Source: Eledone cirrhosa (Eukaryota). From it: 64,000 nucleotides of DNA. This document shows, in pieces, positions 12,832 through 26,965 of the stretch. The notes beneath the pieces were generated by a model. It was not told the origin of the DNA. It searched no databases and saw nothing but the letters and a program-made list of their open reading frames with translations. The position numbers and the translations under genes are program-made. Numbering within the stretch: the stretch's first letter is position 1; each line of letters opens with the position of its first letter. The DNA lies in contig CAXHJY010000593.1 of NCBI GenBank assembly GCA_964016885.1, positions 62,001 through 126,000 of the forward strand, written 5' to 3'.

Positions 12832-13452
12832 CACAGGCTTGTATATACAAGGAAGCTGTGGGATGCTGGTAGTGGGGTAGATTGGACAGTTGATAATGAT
12901 GATGGGACTATATATATATATATACACAGAGTGACAGAGAAAAACAGAAAACAGGAGGAGAATGCACATACATGCATACATGCATCTTCCAGACAATACA
13001 CATACATATATTGTCAAAGATTGACCAGTAGTTCTTTTGAATGGGATTATGTGTGGGATATGCAAATATATTTGTGTATGTGTGTGCCAAAATAGTAGAT
13101 GCTCATTCACAAAACTCATAAGATTGTTTGTTCTTTGTTCTTCCTCTTTGCATCACATATTTCCATTATTTCCTTTCATTTCTCTTTCCTTTGCTACCAA
13201 TTTAAATACTTTCAAATTAAAGTATAGTGCTGATAATACTGCTTCGCCAAAAGGGAAAAAATAATAAACATGATAAATAATTAAATAATTGAATTAAAGC
13301 AAAATGTCATTTTGACCTAAACTTTCCTTTCTCATTCTCTCATTATCTTTCTTATACATCCTTATTTTCCCTCTTTCTCTCTCTCTATCCCACTTTTCTC
13401 TCTATCCCACTTCTCTCTCTATCCCACTTCTCTCTCTCTCTCTCTCTATCCC

Positions 13453-13510
<58 letters not shown>

Positions 13511-13798
13511 CTATCTCTCTATCTATCTATCTATCCTCCTCTCTCTTTCTCCTTTTACTTCATCAGTTTTTTTCTCTATTTCACACTTTCTCTTGCTAAC
13601 TTGTCTTGTCCTTTCTTTAATATGTAACACTCTCTGCCTATATCTCTCAATATCTCATCCCTTTTTGTTCATCTCTTTCTTTCTTTACTCCCAACCAACT
13701 CTTCTGCTTCATTCTCCCTTCTTCTTCACATTTTATTTACCATTTTCTTTCACTTTCTCTTTTCCTCACTCTCTCTGCATTATATACATGTGTGTGTG

Positions 13799-13829
<31 letters not shown>

Positions 13830-14480
13830 ATATATATGCTCATTTCCATCTGTTTCTTCCCTCCTCTTCCCCACATGTATTCCTTACACATCCTCTTCTG
13901 CATGTCTCTCCCCAGCTTCCCTTTCTCTCCCTGCTCTTCTCTTATTTTCACTCTACCTACTTACTCTCATGCCTTTTCTTCTTCTTTTGCTTTCATCCTC
14001 TCTCTTTCTCATACATTCTTCCTCCTTTCCTATTCTCTTTAACAGTTCTTTATCCCCCACCCCTGTTTCTATTGTTCTCTCTGTCTCTCTAACCACACTC
14101 TCCCCCTCTCTCTCTCTCTCTCTCTCTCATCCAGACTCTCCTCTCTCTCATCCAGACTCCTCTCTCTCAACCTAGACTCTCCTCTCTCTAACCCACACTT
14201 GCCTCTCTCTCTCTCTAACCCACACTCTCCTCTTTTGCTTGCTTAACCCACACTCTCTCCCCTCTCTCTCTCCATTACTGTTGTCTCTCTATCTCTTGCT
14301 TTCACTCTCCCCTTCTCTCTTGCTCACTACCTTCCTCTATTTACCTCTCACTTTTCTATCTCTCATTGTCCTCTATTTCTCAATCTCTCTCTCTCTCTCT
14401 CACAACCACTCCTCCTATAGTCATTAACTTTCACTTTTCTCCCTCCACCTTACTTATCTCTTCTCCATATTCTCAACACC
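12605..14480. repeat. polypyrimidine low-complexity region with (CT)n, (CTAT)n and short minisatellites
   Basis: Repeats such as cttcctttcttgctctctttct (x5), tatcccacttctctctctc and catccagactctcctctctct. Confidence 0.85.
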
Positions 14481-14984
14481 ACCTCCCCAATTTCTCTTGT
14501 CTTTATTGTTTGTAACCTAGAAATTCACAGAATTTCTATTTATATGTTATTCATTGTACAGCATGTACTGTAGTCTGGCCTGGAGTTTTGGGGACACAAT
14601 CTACAACTCTCTGTTTCAATCTTTCAGTCAAAGAAAGTATTTCCTTTTTTGTCAAACAAAGGGTTGCAAGGATCCTTCAATTGTGTCAAAGACATGACAA
14701 CCTTTCCTGTGCATTAGGTAGAACATGATGAGACTGTATGTAAGCGAGATGCAAACCCCTGGCCTGTTTGGGAGGTCAGTAGTAGCTCTTCTTCAGTACT
14801 GACTTGGTCTTTGTAGACCCGTCCAACCCTTGCTAGCAAAGAAAGCAGAGGTTAAAACGACTATGATGATTATGTATACCTTTTAGTAAGGTATGAACAT
14901 TAAACATATTCCTATATCTCCTTTTAACATGAACAAACACCACAGAAAATGAAGATTCATTATCAATATTATTATATAGAGAGC

Positions 14985-15510
14985 ATTAGATTGACAGTAA
15001 TCAGTAGAGCATCAAACTACATGCTTTGCAGCACATAGTTATGTCACCTTATGTTCTGAGTTCAAATCCCACTGAGGTTAGCTTTGCCTTTCATCCTTAC
15101 GAGGTTGTTAAAATAAAGCATCTTGTGCCTAAATCAGAAACCATTATTATATATAAGGGTATATATGGCAGTATCGGTAGAGGGTCGGACGCTATGCTTT
15201 CTAGCATAGTTACGTCCCTTTACGGTCTGAGTTCAAATGCCGCCGAGGTTAACTTTGCCTTTCATCCTTACGGGGTCGATAAAATAAAGTACCAGTAATG
15301 TACTGGGTAAATGTACTGGGTAATTGCTGGCCTTGTGCCTAAAGTAGAAACAATTATTATATATAAGGGTGGTGAATTGGCAGAGTTATTAGAGCATTGC
15401 TTAGCAGTGTTTATTCCACCTATTTACACTCTGAGTTAAAAACCTGCTGAGGTCAACTTTGCCTTTTCTGGGTCAATAAATAAAGTACTAGTAAAATACT
15501 GGGAGTCGAT
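14985..15510 (+). mobile_element. three tandem copies of SINE family S2
   Basis: gagttcaaat B-box followed by gaggttaactttgcctttcatccttacggggtcgataaaataaagtaccag and ttgtgcctaaagtagaaacaattattat; best copy at 15165-15360. Confidence 0.8.
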
Positions 15511-15727
15511 TTAACTCTTTAGCATTTACATTACTATTATATCTTCATGGTAAAGGTTTTTATCTTACATAATTATCTTAAATAATATGGAACCTATGAG
15601 GTTTTGATGATGATATTATTTATTTTGAGAACAATACCTTAATGAGTGGCTAGTTATGGCCGGTTTAAAGAGAAAGAGGTGAAAGAATTCTGGCTGGATA
15701 TGGCCGGTTTAAATGCTAAAGGGTTAG
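15510..15727 (+). mobile_element. TTAA-bounded MITE (family M3; second copy 55653-55881)
   Basis: ttaactctttagcattta...taaatgctaaagggttag terminal inverted repeats; shared internal sequence. Confidence 0.7.
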
Positions 15728-15917
15728 TCGATACCCACCTTGAATTGCAGGCCTGTGCCTAAATTAGAAACCATTATGATATATGAGGGCAGTAAGTAGC
15801 AGGTTCATTAGAGTGCCAGACAAAACACTTTGCAATATTTAGTTGTTTTCTTTATATTTGGTACTGAAATCCCATCAAAGTCAATTTTCTCCTTCCTCTA
15901 AGCCAAACTATATATAT

Positions 15918-16458
15918 ATCATCATCATCATCATCAACGTTTAACGTCCGTGTTCCACGCTTGCATGGGTTTGGACGGGGGTTTTCCCACTTGAGGCAAG
16001 AGTGATTGTCTTGCTCGCATAGGACTGTCTGGCAGGTTTTCTACAGTTGGATGCCCTTCCTAACACCAACCACATTTACAGTGTGGGTCTGGGAGGTTTT
16101 TACCGTGTTGCCTACACGGCCACATTACAGCGTGGACTGTGTGTTTTTTTGTCGTGACACCTACACGATCTCATTTGTTTCGGCCTGGATGGTGTGGCAC
16201 CAACATAACTTTACATAGAAGGGGGCGGTGTGGATGGGGTGGGGGTGGTGGGACGGGGGTGTATTTTGTTAGAGATGCCTACTGACTGTAGTAGGTTTTA
16301 CTATGTATTTAGGTAAGGCGGGTCTTCTCTATTACTGAGTACCGCCAAAGGTCTCGGTCCAGTGACATTGTCTTGGAGAGGTGTAAGTGTGTGAGGTCGG
16401 AGTTTATCAGCTCGTCCCAGGTTTTTCTAGGTCTGCCTATTCCGTGGCTACCGTCTAT

Positions 16459-16461
<3 letters not shown>
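15918..16461 (-). mobile_element. 5'-truncated RTE (subfamily B) 3' end and 3'UTR, flanked by (TA)n
   Basis: Near-identical reverse complement of ~62812-63330. Confidence 0.9.
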
Positions 16462-16514
<53 letters not shown>

Positions 16515-17785
16515 TTTAAAAAACAGTCTTCCATGGGACTTCTGAAAGTCCCAATGATTTATGAAAATCTCACCAGTAATAACTCATTGCTTTTTTCATT
16601 TTTTTCTTTTCCTTCTGCTTTGTATGAGATGCTTATTTTTATTCTGTACTTTTGAATACTGTTGGTATGTGATTTTGCAATTTGATATCCTTTTTTTTTT
16701 GTCTGTTTAACCACTCACATGTGAAGCAGAAAAGCTACCTATCAGCAAGTCGGACAGGCATGTAAAGCAATGTGCCTTGCCTAAGGGACACAGCACAATG
16801 TATTGTATTCACTAAATATTCTTGTCTTTTTTTTTTAATGTTGGAATTTCATATATAGTTACCTAGCCATTCTGATCAAGCATACCTATGATCAAAAAGA
16901 ATTCTAGCTGTGAGCTTCCTATGTTCTTTTGTATTTCAGACATTATGCCTGGGACTACATTGTTCAATGTGTCCTTACTGTTTTTTAAAGTCAGTAGACT
17001 GTAATTTAATGTGATTTGACTACTATTTCTAGCAAGTTGAGTGGCCACATAGTGGATCATTCAATAGCTCACGTGTAAGTTCTTAAGGTTGTGGTAACAT
17101 TACAGTACAAGTAGTAAGTTATCTCAAGCCTCTACAACTGTTAGAAATAGTGACCAAATTCCTCTCAAACTATATTTTACCATCTTAACAAAGACACATC
17201 AGATAAATTAAACCACAGATACATTATCCAAAAATAAAATATGATCATAGAATGCTTTGATCATACATCTTGTTGACTAGAGTTAATCTTGGATTAGACA
17301 ACAACAAAGTAAGGCCTTCATAACAATGTCTTTCTGTTATTTCAGTGACAGAGATGGTAGTCTTTGCTCATTTTACTTATTGTTTTTCATGCAGCAGGTA
17401 TCCCTGCATCGTTCTTTTAAATGGTCTAATTTTTTTTAATCTGTCGACAAGATCCAAGACCTCATTCACTTACCGAATGGGGTAGAACATGTCAAATTGG
17501 ACCAAGGAAACAATGTTTCCATTGGTCTTTCCATTGTTGATACTATCTACAGGTCGTAACTCTATAGTATTTAGTATTTCTTTGTGTTCTGAGTTCACAA
17601 TATCTTTTGACACGAGTCTTTGTATTTACATGTACCACATGTCTGACTATGATATCCAATTAATTCTCTTTGTGCCTTTTTTAGCTACATCCAGGTTTAG
17701 CTAAAGATAAAAACAAGATTTGTTTCTCCCCATAATATCTAAACTATATAACTGAGAGCTTCAACATAATTTAGGTAATAGTTAA

Positions 17786-18490
17786 TGATAACTGAAATTA
17801 GTAGTAAAGTTATGACAAATAAATAATTGAAATTAGTAATAAGATTGTGACAAATATATGACTGAAGTTAGTAATAAAGTTATGACAAATATATGACTGA
17901 AATTAGTAATAAAGTTATGACAAATAAATAATTGAAATTAGTAATAAGATTGTGACAAATATATGACTGAAGTTAGTAATAAAGTTATGACAAATATATG
18001 ACTGAAATTAGTAATAAAGTTATGACAAATAAATAATTGAAATTAGTAATAAGATAGTGACAAATATATGACTGAAGTTAATAATAAAGTTATGACAAAT
18101 ATATGACTGAAGTTAATAATAAAGTTATGACAAATATATGACTAAAGTTAGTAATAAAGTTATGACAAATATATGACTGAAATTAGTAATAAAGTTATGA
18201 CAAATAAATAATTGAAATTAGTAATAAGATTGTGACAAATATATGACTGAAGTTAGTAATAAAGTTATGACAAATATATGACTGAAATTAGTAATAAGAT
18301 TGTGACAAATATATGACTGAAGTTAGTAATAAAGTTATGACAAATATATGACTGAAATTAGTAATAAAGTTATGACAAATAAATAATTGAAATTAGTAAT
18401 AAGATTGTGACAAATATATGACTAAAGTTAGTAATAAAGTTATGACAAATATATGACTGAAATTAGTAATAAGATTGTGACTAATATATG
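17786..18490. repeat. 35-bp minisatellite, ~20 copies, with 105-bp (3-unit) higher-order pattern
   Basis: tgacaaat recurs every 35 bp (17813, 17848, 17883...); unit tgacaaatatatgactgaagttagtaataaagtta and variants. Confidence 0.95.
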
Positions 18491-20012
18491 GCAATGAGGG
18501 TGTGTTTGCTGAATAACACTTTTACATGTATATCTTTGTAGAATTGTGAATAACATTGCTTAGCAACTACTTGCTTCTGGATTCAATCTTGGGCAAGAAT
18601 TTTCTATCATAACTTTGGGTTGATGAATGTTTTTCAGTGGAATTTGGTTGAAGGGAATCTCAAATATATTTCATTTAAGTGTATTGGTAAAGGCTTTAAA
18701 CATCAGCAAGAAACCAAATAAACAAATTATTTTGAATATTCTGTAGTATTTGTTCTATCCATGTCACACTAACACTCTTGTGGTACATCATATATGCAGT
18801 CAACCAATCATTGGCTCATTGAAAATCTCTAACCAATTGAAGTATATTATTCATGAAATATGATATATAATAAAAATGTAAATATATTCCAAATCTCTGA
18901 AAAGACCCCCACACCGTATTAATTAAGAATTATCTCTCTTTAGATTCTTTTAATATAGAATCTCTAGTTTATAAATTTGATCTTGAAAAATATGTTCTTT
19001 CATCGATCTATTCTTCAACCAAAAGCTATAAAATCTAAAGAACTGCATCAGCTCTATAAATCATTTTGATGGTTGCATCTGTCTAATTTTAAAAACCTAT
19101 CTTTATAACAGGAAAATGCTATCTCAAATTTTCCAAATCTGCTGTGTTATGTGATGAATTGGTTCTAATGCCTATGCTGGTTTATAAAAAAAATCACAAA
19201 CATGTAGATTTTCATATTTCATTGCCATCATCTTTCTATTAATGCCTTTCATACCTCTCAATATATTTGTTTGTGTTTTTTTGTTTTTATTTATTATAAT
19301 TTGTTTTGTTTTTTGCCATATATCATGATGTAAAAGTAGACAAAAGTGTTTCTATCATTGTTGTTCTAATCTATAATTACTTTCTCAATTAGTTACAATT
19401 CCATCAAATCCCTCTTACCACTTAAGACTACTACGGAACAATTTCCCAATCTTTTACTGTAGCTTCTGTTACTAATAGCTCATGACACTTCACAATGTAT
19501 TTCTCATTGTCTAATACTCCTTACCTGTCAATAAATTCATAGTTTTCTTGTATGCAACACCCAATGTATCTAATTACCAACCACTAATTTAAACTCCTGT
19601 TGACACCCTTTTTGCTCATTTGATTCTTATTGACCTACAGTTTCTTTATTTTATTTACCTTCTGTATAATGATTATGTCTGCCAGTCACACTGTTTACAT
19701 TTCAGACAGAATATATCATATTAATTTCATTGAACACATTACCAGAACACCACATGTTTCAAGAAAACCAACACCATAACACTGTATCTCTCCTACATAC
19801 TTCATTGTCTACAGTATTTCTCGGCCTAGGTTTGCTCTTCATAACCAGAAAATACTTCAACCATAAACAGTCACTAATTTCATTATAAAGAGCAGATATC
19901 GATTACATTAGAGCACAGCTCACACAACTGTGATTGTGCAGCCACCTTATACATGATGCATTTGTAAAGTGGCTGCACCACCTCACACACACACGCATAT
20001 ATATTTCAACTA

Positions 20013-20373
20013 CTCTCAGGTCCTAAATAATAGGGGGTGGGTGGATGGAAAGTCAGTAATTTTTCTAGGTTGTCTCCCTTGATTTTTTTAAAAAACCAGA
20101 ATTAGTTCTCTAGTTTATATATTGAGACCTCAACCTATCCTATTTATTTTATAACATATGAGATTTCTTGTAATGTTCTTTTTTGTCAGGAATAATATTT
20201 TTTATTGTATTAAAAAAAATTATCACAGGAATGCTACCACTTAAAATAAAATTTCACCAGAGATAGATTAGCAAAATTTGATATGGGGGTGTGGGTGAAA
20301 TAAGAGCCGGGAGTTGGAAAAAATCAGAAAAATTAATAAGCAGGGGTGGTGGTGATTATTTGTGACCCGTAAG
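20013..20373 (+). mobile_element. Tc1/mariner-type MITE (family M2), TA-flanked
   Basis: TA|ctctcaggtcctaaataa ... ttatttgtgacccgtaag|TA; other copies at 9104, ~25280-25625 and 35858-36251. Confidence 0.75.
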
Positions 20374-20970
20374 TAGACCGAAGAAGATATAATTTATTGA
20401 TAAGAAACTTCATACTCACCCGTTCATGATTTCTAATCTTTTGGGATCTGCTGCAATGGGCTACCATTTCTCTGACCTTGCTGTCCCTGTACCTAAACTT
20501 ATCCAATGTCCCTGCTTCTTCTGCCTCTCACTCACCCACCTGCTCTGTGTGTTTCAATTCCCTGATCTTATACTCATTTCAAGGTAACATTGGTTCTTCA
20601 AGAATCTTCAATAAACTGACAATTTATCTGGTAACTAACAAAACAAAATTCACCATATGATATACACTTCTCCTTACAGATTCACACTGTTGGACATCTT
20701 CAATTAAAACAATTATATCAATTCAACAATGCTTTGTCTATTATTGACAGTTATATTATGCATACAGATTTAATTACTCATACAGTGCACAGAAACAACA
20801 ATCATAAAGCAATTACACCTATTACTTTATCTTTCAAATGATTATTTGTCACATGTTGCCAAGAGTATTGTGGTTTGTTCCATTTCGAGCAATTTCTAAC
20901 ATATGTTTAATCCTATTGACACCAAATTACCTGAAACCAGCCCGAGTTCTACGATACAAATCTGTTTGTT

Positions 20971-21210
20971 TTAACCCTTTCATGACTTCATTTCTAATGA
21001 AATACACTCTATTTTAATTAATTGATGAAGGATTTTGAGGGATTTACTAAAATTATTAATTATTTCACTACTAAGATAGTAATTTAATGTAAGGTTCTTA
21101 TATAAAATTATGTTGGAAGATTTAAATTTAAATTAGAAACCTTTAAAATGGATGGTTTTATTTCATAGAACCAGGGCTGGTTTTGGCCAGGTTGGTAACT
21201 AAAGTGTTTA
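20971..21210 (-). mobile_element. MITE M1 nested in a related older TTAA element (~20907-21385)
   Basis: Reverse complement of the 7585 copy, starting at TTAA 20971. Confidence 0.75.
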
Positions 21211-21409
21211 TATTTATCTAAAAAAATACTCTCATTATGATTTTATGTAAGTTATGTTTCAAACACCAAAGCAATAACGAGAAACTTTGTTATATTACTA
21301 AATCCTTGAAATTGTTTTATTTATTTTTCAAAATCATTTGAAAATCATAAGCAGTGTATTTTATTAGAAATATGGAAACTAGATCATTTAGTGGTATTTA
21401 TCTTCTGAC

Positions 21410-21855
21410 TCTCAACTCACTATCTTCAATTTGGTATTTGTGCCAATCCTTACCTATGGTCATGATTCTTGTGAATACAAGTGGCTGAAATGGAGTTACT
21501 CCAAAGAGTCTTCGGAGTAACATTACTAACATTACTAGTGTAGGTTGGAGATCAGAGTGTCACTCCAGGTAGAGTCACTACTTCTCCGAATTGAGAGACC
21601 AAAGCTCTGATACTATGGACACGTGGTTAGAATGTCTCAGGAAAGAATTGCTGAACAGATTTTCTGGGCAAAACCAACCAGAGTAGACCCAGGGGTAGAC
21701 CCCAAGCAAGATGGTTGGATAACATCCATGAGTTTGGCTGGTCTCACTTGGGGATCCAGACAGTTGCTTCTGACAGGATCTGCTGGAAGGAGTGTTTGGG
21801 GAGTCTACCCCCACGTCCTTCTCAGGAATAAGTGAGCGAAGAAGAAAAGAAGAGG
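21410..21855 (+). mobile_element. 5'-truncated RTE family D with (GAA)n tail
   Basis: aaactcactatcttcaatt...ccttacctatggtcatga...caagtggctgaaatg (LTYGH..Q.AEM); tail ggaataagtgagcgaagaagaaaagaag. Confidence 0.8.
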
Positions 21856-22009
21856 GAGAACCTCAATATACAATATTTCCAGTCCATTTCATAATCATAA
21901 TTTATCAATTGTTGTTTCGAAATTTATTAAGGCTTTTTTATGTGTATAGATTAAACAAATATATATCACTATACTAGCTTTACTGGAAAATGTGTAAATA
22001 ATGTTTTAT

Positions 22010-23983
22010 ATAGTGGGACATACTATGGTCACCCATATAGTTAACCAAGTAATACAGAATGGGGTCATACCAAAAGACTGGCATAGCAGCATCATCATTA
22101 ACTGCTACAAGAGTAAAGGGGATGCTCTAGATAGGGGAAACTATAGAGGCATTAAGTTAATTGACCAGGTCATGAAGGTCACAGAAAGAGTTATAGCGCA
22201 ACTAATCAGAGAGCGAATTGATCTAGATTAAATGCAGTTTGGGTTTGTGTCAGGTAAAAGTACCACAGACATCCTTTTCCTTGTACGACAACTACAGGAG
22301 AAGTACCTAGCTAAAAGTAAATCCCTCTATTTAGCTGTTGTAGACCTGGAGAAAGCCTTTGACAGAGTCTCCTGCTCCATTATCTGGTGGGCTCTTAGAA
22401 AACTAGGTGTAGATGAATGGCTTGTGAGAGCTATACATGCTATGTATAAAGAAACAGTCAGTAAGGTTAGAATTAACAATGAACATTGTGAAGAATTTAG
22501 TGTAAAAGTTGGTGTTCATCAAGGCTCTGTCCTTAACCCCCTCCTATTTATTATTGCCCTTCAGGCTATAACAGAGGAGTTTAAGACCGCCTGCCAATGG
22601 GAACTCCTATACGCAGATGATGTAACTCATAGCTGAATCTATGGCTGAACTAGAGAAAATATTTTAAACATGGAAGCATGGCCTAGAATCAAAAGGCCTT
22701 AAAGTTAACTTGTCTAAGACTAAAGTTCTAGTTTGTAGAAAAGAAAATACGGCACAGGTGCCCTCAGGGAAATAGCCATGCTCAGTGTGTAGGAAAGGAG
22801 TAGGCAGAAATTCCATTTTATATTCCAAATGCTAACTATGGGTACATAAAATATGTAGTGGGATCACAGGTAAACTATCTAAGAACGTAGATTTTATATG
22901 TGGCTGATGCTCAGGTGCAATAAATAGCAAGTGCCCACAGGATACTAGCTCCTTTTATTGCTCAGATGGTTCTATATAAATAGTGGACATTTTCCGTTAC
23001 TTGGGTGACAAAATCAGCAGTGGTGGAGGGTGCTCTGAAAGTACAGTAGCCAGAGTCAGAACGGGATGGAAAAAGTTCAGAGAGCTTATACCGCTGTTGG
23101 CCACAAAAGGTTTCTCTCTGAAAATGAAAGGCAGATTGTATGATGCCTGTATACGAACAGCAATACTTCATGGCAGTGAGACATGGGCATTGCGTGCAGA
23201 GGACCTGCGCAGACTAGAAAGGAACGAAGCATGCCTGCTCCATTGGATGTGTAATAGTAATATACGTGAACGGCAAAGCATAAATAAACTGAGAAATTAT
23301 GAATAAGAGGGATCAGATGCTGTTTACTTGAGAGAAAACTACATTGGTATGGTCACGTGATGCGCATGAAAGACGACAGTTGTATAAAAAATGCAGGGCG
23401 ATCAAAATTGATGGTAGTTATGGAGTAGGTAGACCCAGAAAAACCTGGGTTGATTTGATAAATTCCGACCTTACACACTTGCACCCCTCTAAGACAATGT
23501 CACTGGACCGAGATCGTTGGTGCTACATAGTAATACAAAAGATCTGCCTTGCCTATGTACAAAGTGAAACCTACAGTCAGTAGGCACCTCTTAACCAAAT
23601 ATACACCCCAATCCACTACCCCTACCCTATCCTCCCACTCCCACTAACACCACCTTCTCTCTGTAAAGTTGGTACCACAACATCCAGTCCAAATAAATAA
23701 GATAATGAGATTGAGATCGTGTAGGTGACACGACAAAAAAAAAAAATACACACACAGTCCACGCTGTAATGTAGCCGTGTAGGTAACACGGTAAAAAGTT
23801 CCCAGTTCCACAATGTAAATGTGGTTGGTGTTAGGAAGGGCATCCAGCCGTAGAAAACCTGCCAGATAGTCCTATATGAGCGAGACACGGTCACCCGACC
23901 AATCTTGCCTCAAGTGGGACAACTCTCGTCTAACCCATGCTAGCATGGAAGATAGACGTTAAACGAAGATGTTGATGATGATC
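22010..23983 (+). mobile_element. 5'-truncated, stop-riddled RTE LINE (RT, C-terminus, long 3'UTR, (GAT)n tail)
   Basis: ORF pieces with NYRGIKL, QFGF, DLEKAFDRV, GVHQGSVL, YADD, FRYLG and GRPRKTW, colinear with 48236-49984. Confidence 0.95.
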
Positions 23984-24811
23984 ACAGCATGGGTTGCTGA
24001 AATTAAGTTGCTCTTCCCCGTGCTAATAACTAGGCATACATGTGGACAGGAAATAAGAATAAGAGAAATGAAGAGTATTAAAAGGTAATTTGCAAGCTGT
24101 GAGATATGTCATTACTATAGAATAATCAACTGTTTATAATGATGACATATGCAGCCACTCTGATTAAATATGACTGTAGAGGATAGACATGAACTCTGTA
24201 AGTCATAGTGATGGCAGTTCATCTAGGAGGGCAGTTATTCTGAATAAATAAGACTACATGATCTGGATGTAAGCCCCACTAGCTGTAGAAAAGGCAACCT
24301 ATCTAGGAGACGACATATTCAGAATATTTGATACAGAGTGGAGAGGACTCATAAGTACTAACAGACAACATCTCTTGTGTTAGTGGCATGAAAAATGCAC
24401 CTAGTCCATGCTGTAAAGTAGTTGGTCATAGGAAAAGCAGAAAAGCATTGCCAAATTATGAAATGCATAACCTACTATGTCACACTAATTGTGTATACAG
24501 GACTAACACTAATCATGTTAGTACTGCACACAGTGATGGGGATAGCTGACCTTTAAATATCAGCTTATTTAATGAAAGAGTTGTTTATTTGATTAAATTC
24601 ATCCAAATATTCAATTATTTTTGAAACACATGGACAGTGTATTTCATGAAAAATATGGTAATGAATGGGTCAATGACATATAGCCATAGAAAAATACTGT
24701 CTGTACAGTCAGCACTTTTTTTAAATCTATTTTTTACAAATAATATTTAACTTACTTGCTATTGAATTACTACGAATTCTTGAGGCCAAGCTGAACAATT
24801 TGTTATATGTT

Positions 24812-25125
24812 TAGCGTAACTTGGAGATCAGAGTGTCACTCCATGTAGAGCAGCTATTTCCCTGAATTGAAAGATCACAGCTCCGATACTATGGGCATCT
24901 GATTAGAATGTCTTAGGAAAGAATCGCTGGACAGATTTTATGTGCAAAACCAACTGGCAAGAGACCCAGGGGTAGACCCCGAGCAAGATGGTTGGATAAC
25001 ATCTATGAGCTTGGTTGGTCTCGCTTGGGGATCAAGCCAGATCAGTTGGAAATGGTTGCTTCTGACAGGACCCGCTGGAAGGAGTATTTGAGGACTCTCA
25101 GAAATAAGTGGGAGAAAAAGAAGTT
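24812..25125 (+). mobile_element. RTE family D 3' fragment
   Basis: Matches 21540-21850 and the reverse complement of 41693-42020. Confidence 0.8.
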
Positions 25126-26176
25126 TAATGATGGAGGATATTTTACATTTTAAGGGGTTTTGAGGGAGATAATACTTTACAAATAAAGAAACTTTTCAGT
25201 GTCCCCTTATCTTAAATTCAGCAGAGTTGGTCTGTGAAATTTACCATTTATTATTATATAACTGATGATAGTAATATACTCTTGGGTTTGAATGATGCCC
25301 ACCCCCTCACTTATTAATTTTTCAGATTTTTTCCAACTTCCTCACTTATTAAGTTTTGCTAATCTATCTCTGGCAACATTTTATTTCAAGTTGTAGCATT
25401 CCTGTGACAATTAATTTTCTTTAGACATCAAAATACATTATGCATGACAAAAAAAAGAACATTACAAGAAATCTCATATGTTATAAAATAAATAGGATGG
25501 GTTGAGGTAAACTAAATGAGTAATTCTGGTTTTTAAAAATATCAACAGAGACAACCTTAAAAAACTGCCGATTCCACCCACACCCTGCTGCTTACTTCAA
25601 CCCCACCTGTTATTTGTGAGTAGTCTGTCTATGTCTGCCTCCTTGTCTGTCTTTCTCTCACATTTAAAGATAATCCAAGACATTATGAAGCTAAAATATT
25701 TACATAGTATATATATGTGTTTATTCATTATTCCTCCAATTGAAATGTGAAAAATAGCCAAACTAATAAAATAATGCAACAAAAAAATAGAGTAATCATT
25801 TGTGAATGAGTAGGCAATCACGTAGCTGTTCATTATATAAATCATTTACAAATGAGTTATTGAAACATTATCTGATATATAACCACCTAGATACTTGAAA
25901 GACAATATTTTTTTTCACTGACTGGACAAGTGTCTGATCCACTAATAATCAGTATTACTTGTTCCCATGACTGACAAGTGACTTTTCCATTGTTGTTTGA
26001 CCTGCTAGAAATATCAGCTAAAATTTCCTCAAGCATCAAAAAAGGAACATTGGGTTATGTATCTGTGGTACAATGCTTGAAAAAATGGTCACAGCTAGAA
26101 TGCCTTTGGTCATTGGTTCACTTGATCAGGCACGACATGGAGTTAATCAACAACAATCAGCACAAAATGGAACCAT

Positions 26177-26889
26177 TTAACCCTTTAGTTACCAACCTGG
26201 CCAAAGCCCCCTCTGGTTCTATGAAATAAAACCACCCATTTTAAAGGTTTCCAATTTAAATTAAAATCTTCCAACATAATTTTATATAAGAACCTTACAT
26301 TAAGTTACTATCTTTGTAACTAAATAACTAAACATTTTAGTAAATCTATCAAAATTCTTCAATAATTAATTAAAACTAGCAGAAAAACAACCCTTCGGGT
26401 GGTTTTCTGCTAGCATGTGTAGTGTGTATATTGATATTATACGCAAGTATATATGATACATCAAATAAAATCGTAATTGACAATATCCACGGAAATTGAA
26501 CGAAGACTGCATTACACTGTCTTATGTAATCAGTAATGTAATCCATGATACATTAAAAAAAACATGATATTATATATAAACTGCATTAGGAGAAAATTAG
26601 TGACAGAAATATATGAATGTTTATTTAAGTGATCGCTAACCGGAAGTGTTGCATTTGAAAATTTTAAAGAAGTGAATCTTTAAATAAACAATAAAATATG
26701 TTTAATCAACAGCTACTAAATTTAGTAGATAAATTATGTAATATTCATTCATTATTTATTCAAAGTAATCCAACTTATTTTACTAATGGGATAAAAAAAT
26801 TATAAACCGTACACAGTCCCGCACTTCTTACTTTATTATAGTTTAGATAGGATGTATATCATTAGAAATGCGGTCATGAAAGGATTTAA
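26177..26889 (+). mobile_element. MITE M1 interrupted by a Helitron
   Basis: TTAAcccttt start; M1 body resumes at 26848 (tag..tgtatatcattagaaatgcggtcatgaaagg) and ends at TTAA. Confidence 0.8.
26376..26847 (-). mobile_element. non-autonomous Helitron-like element
   Basis: Minus strand begins TC (tctaaactataataaag) and ends in a hairpin plus CTAG; inserted between A and T with no TSD relative to uninterrupted M1 copies. Confidence 0.8.
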
Positions 26890-26965
26890 GTGAGTCCTCT
26901 AAAACAGTTTTTGTATAATTAACAAACTATAAAGATAGTTATAATTATGAAGGCTAATAATTAAC

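Noticed and set aside
17786-18490. CRISPR-like 35-bp periodicity
   Set aside because: Contiguous tandem units with no unique spacers, no cas genes, and a eukaryotic context.
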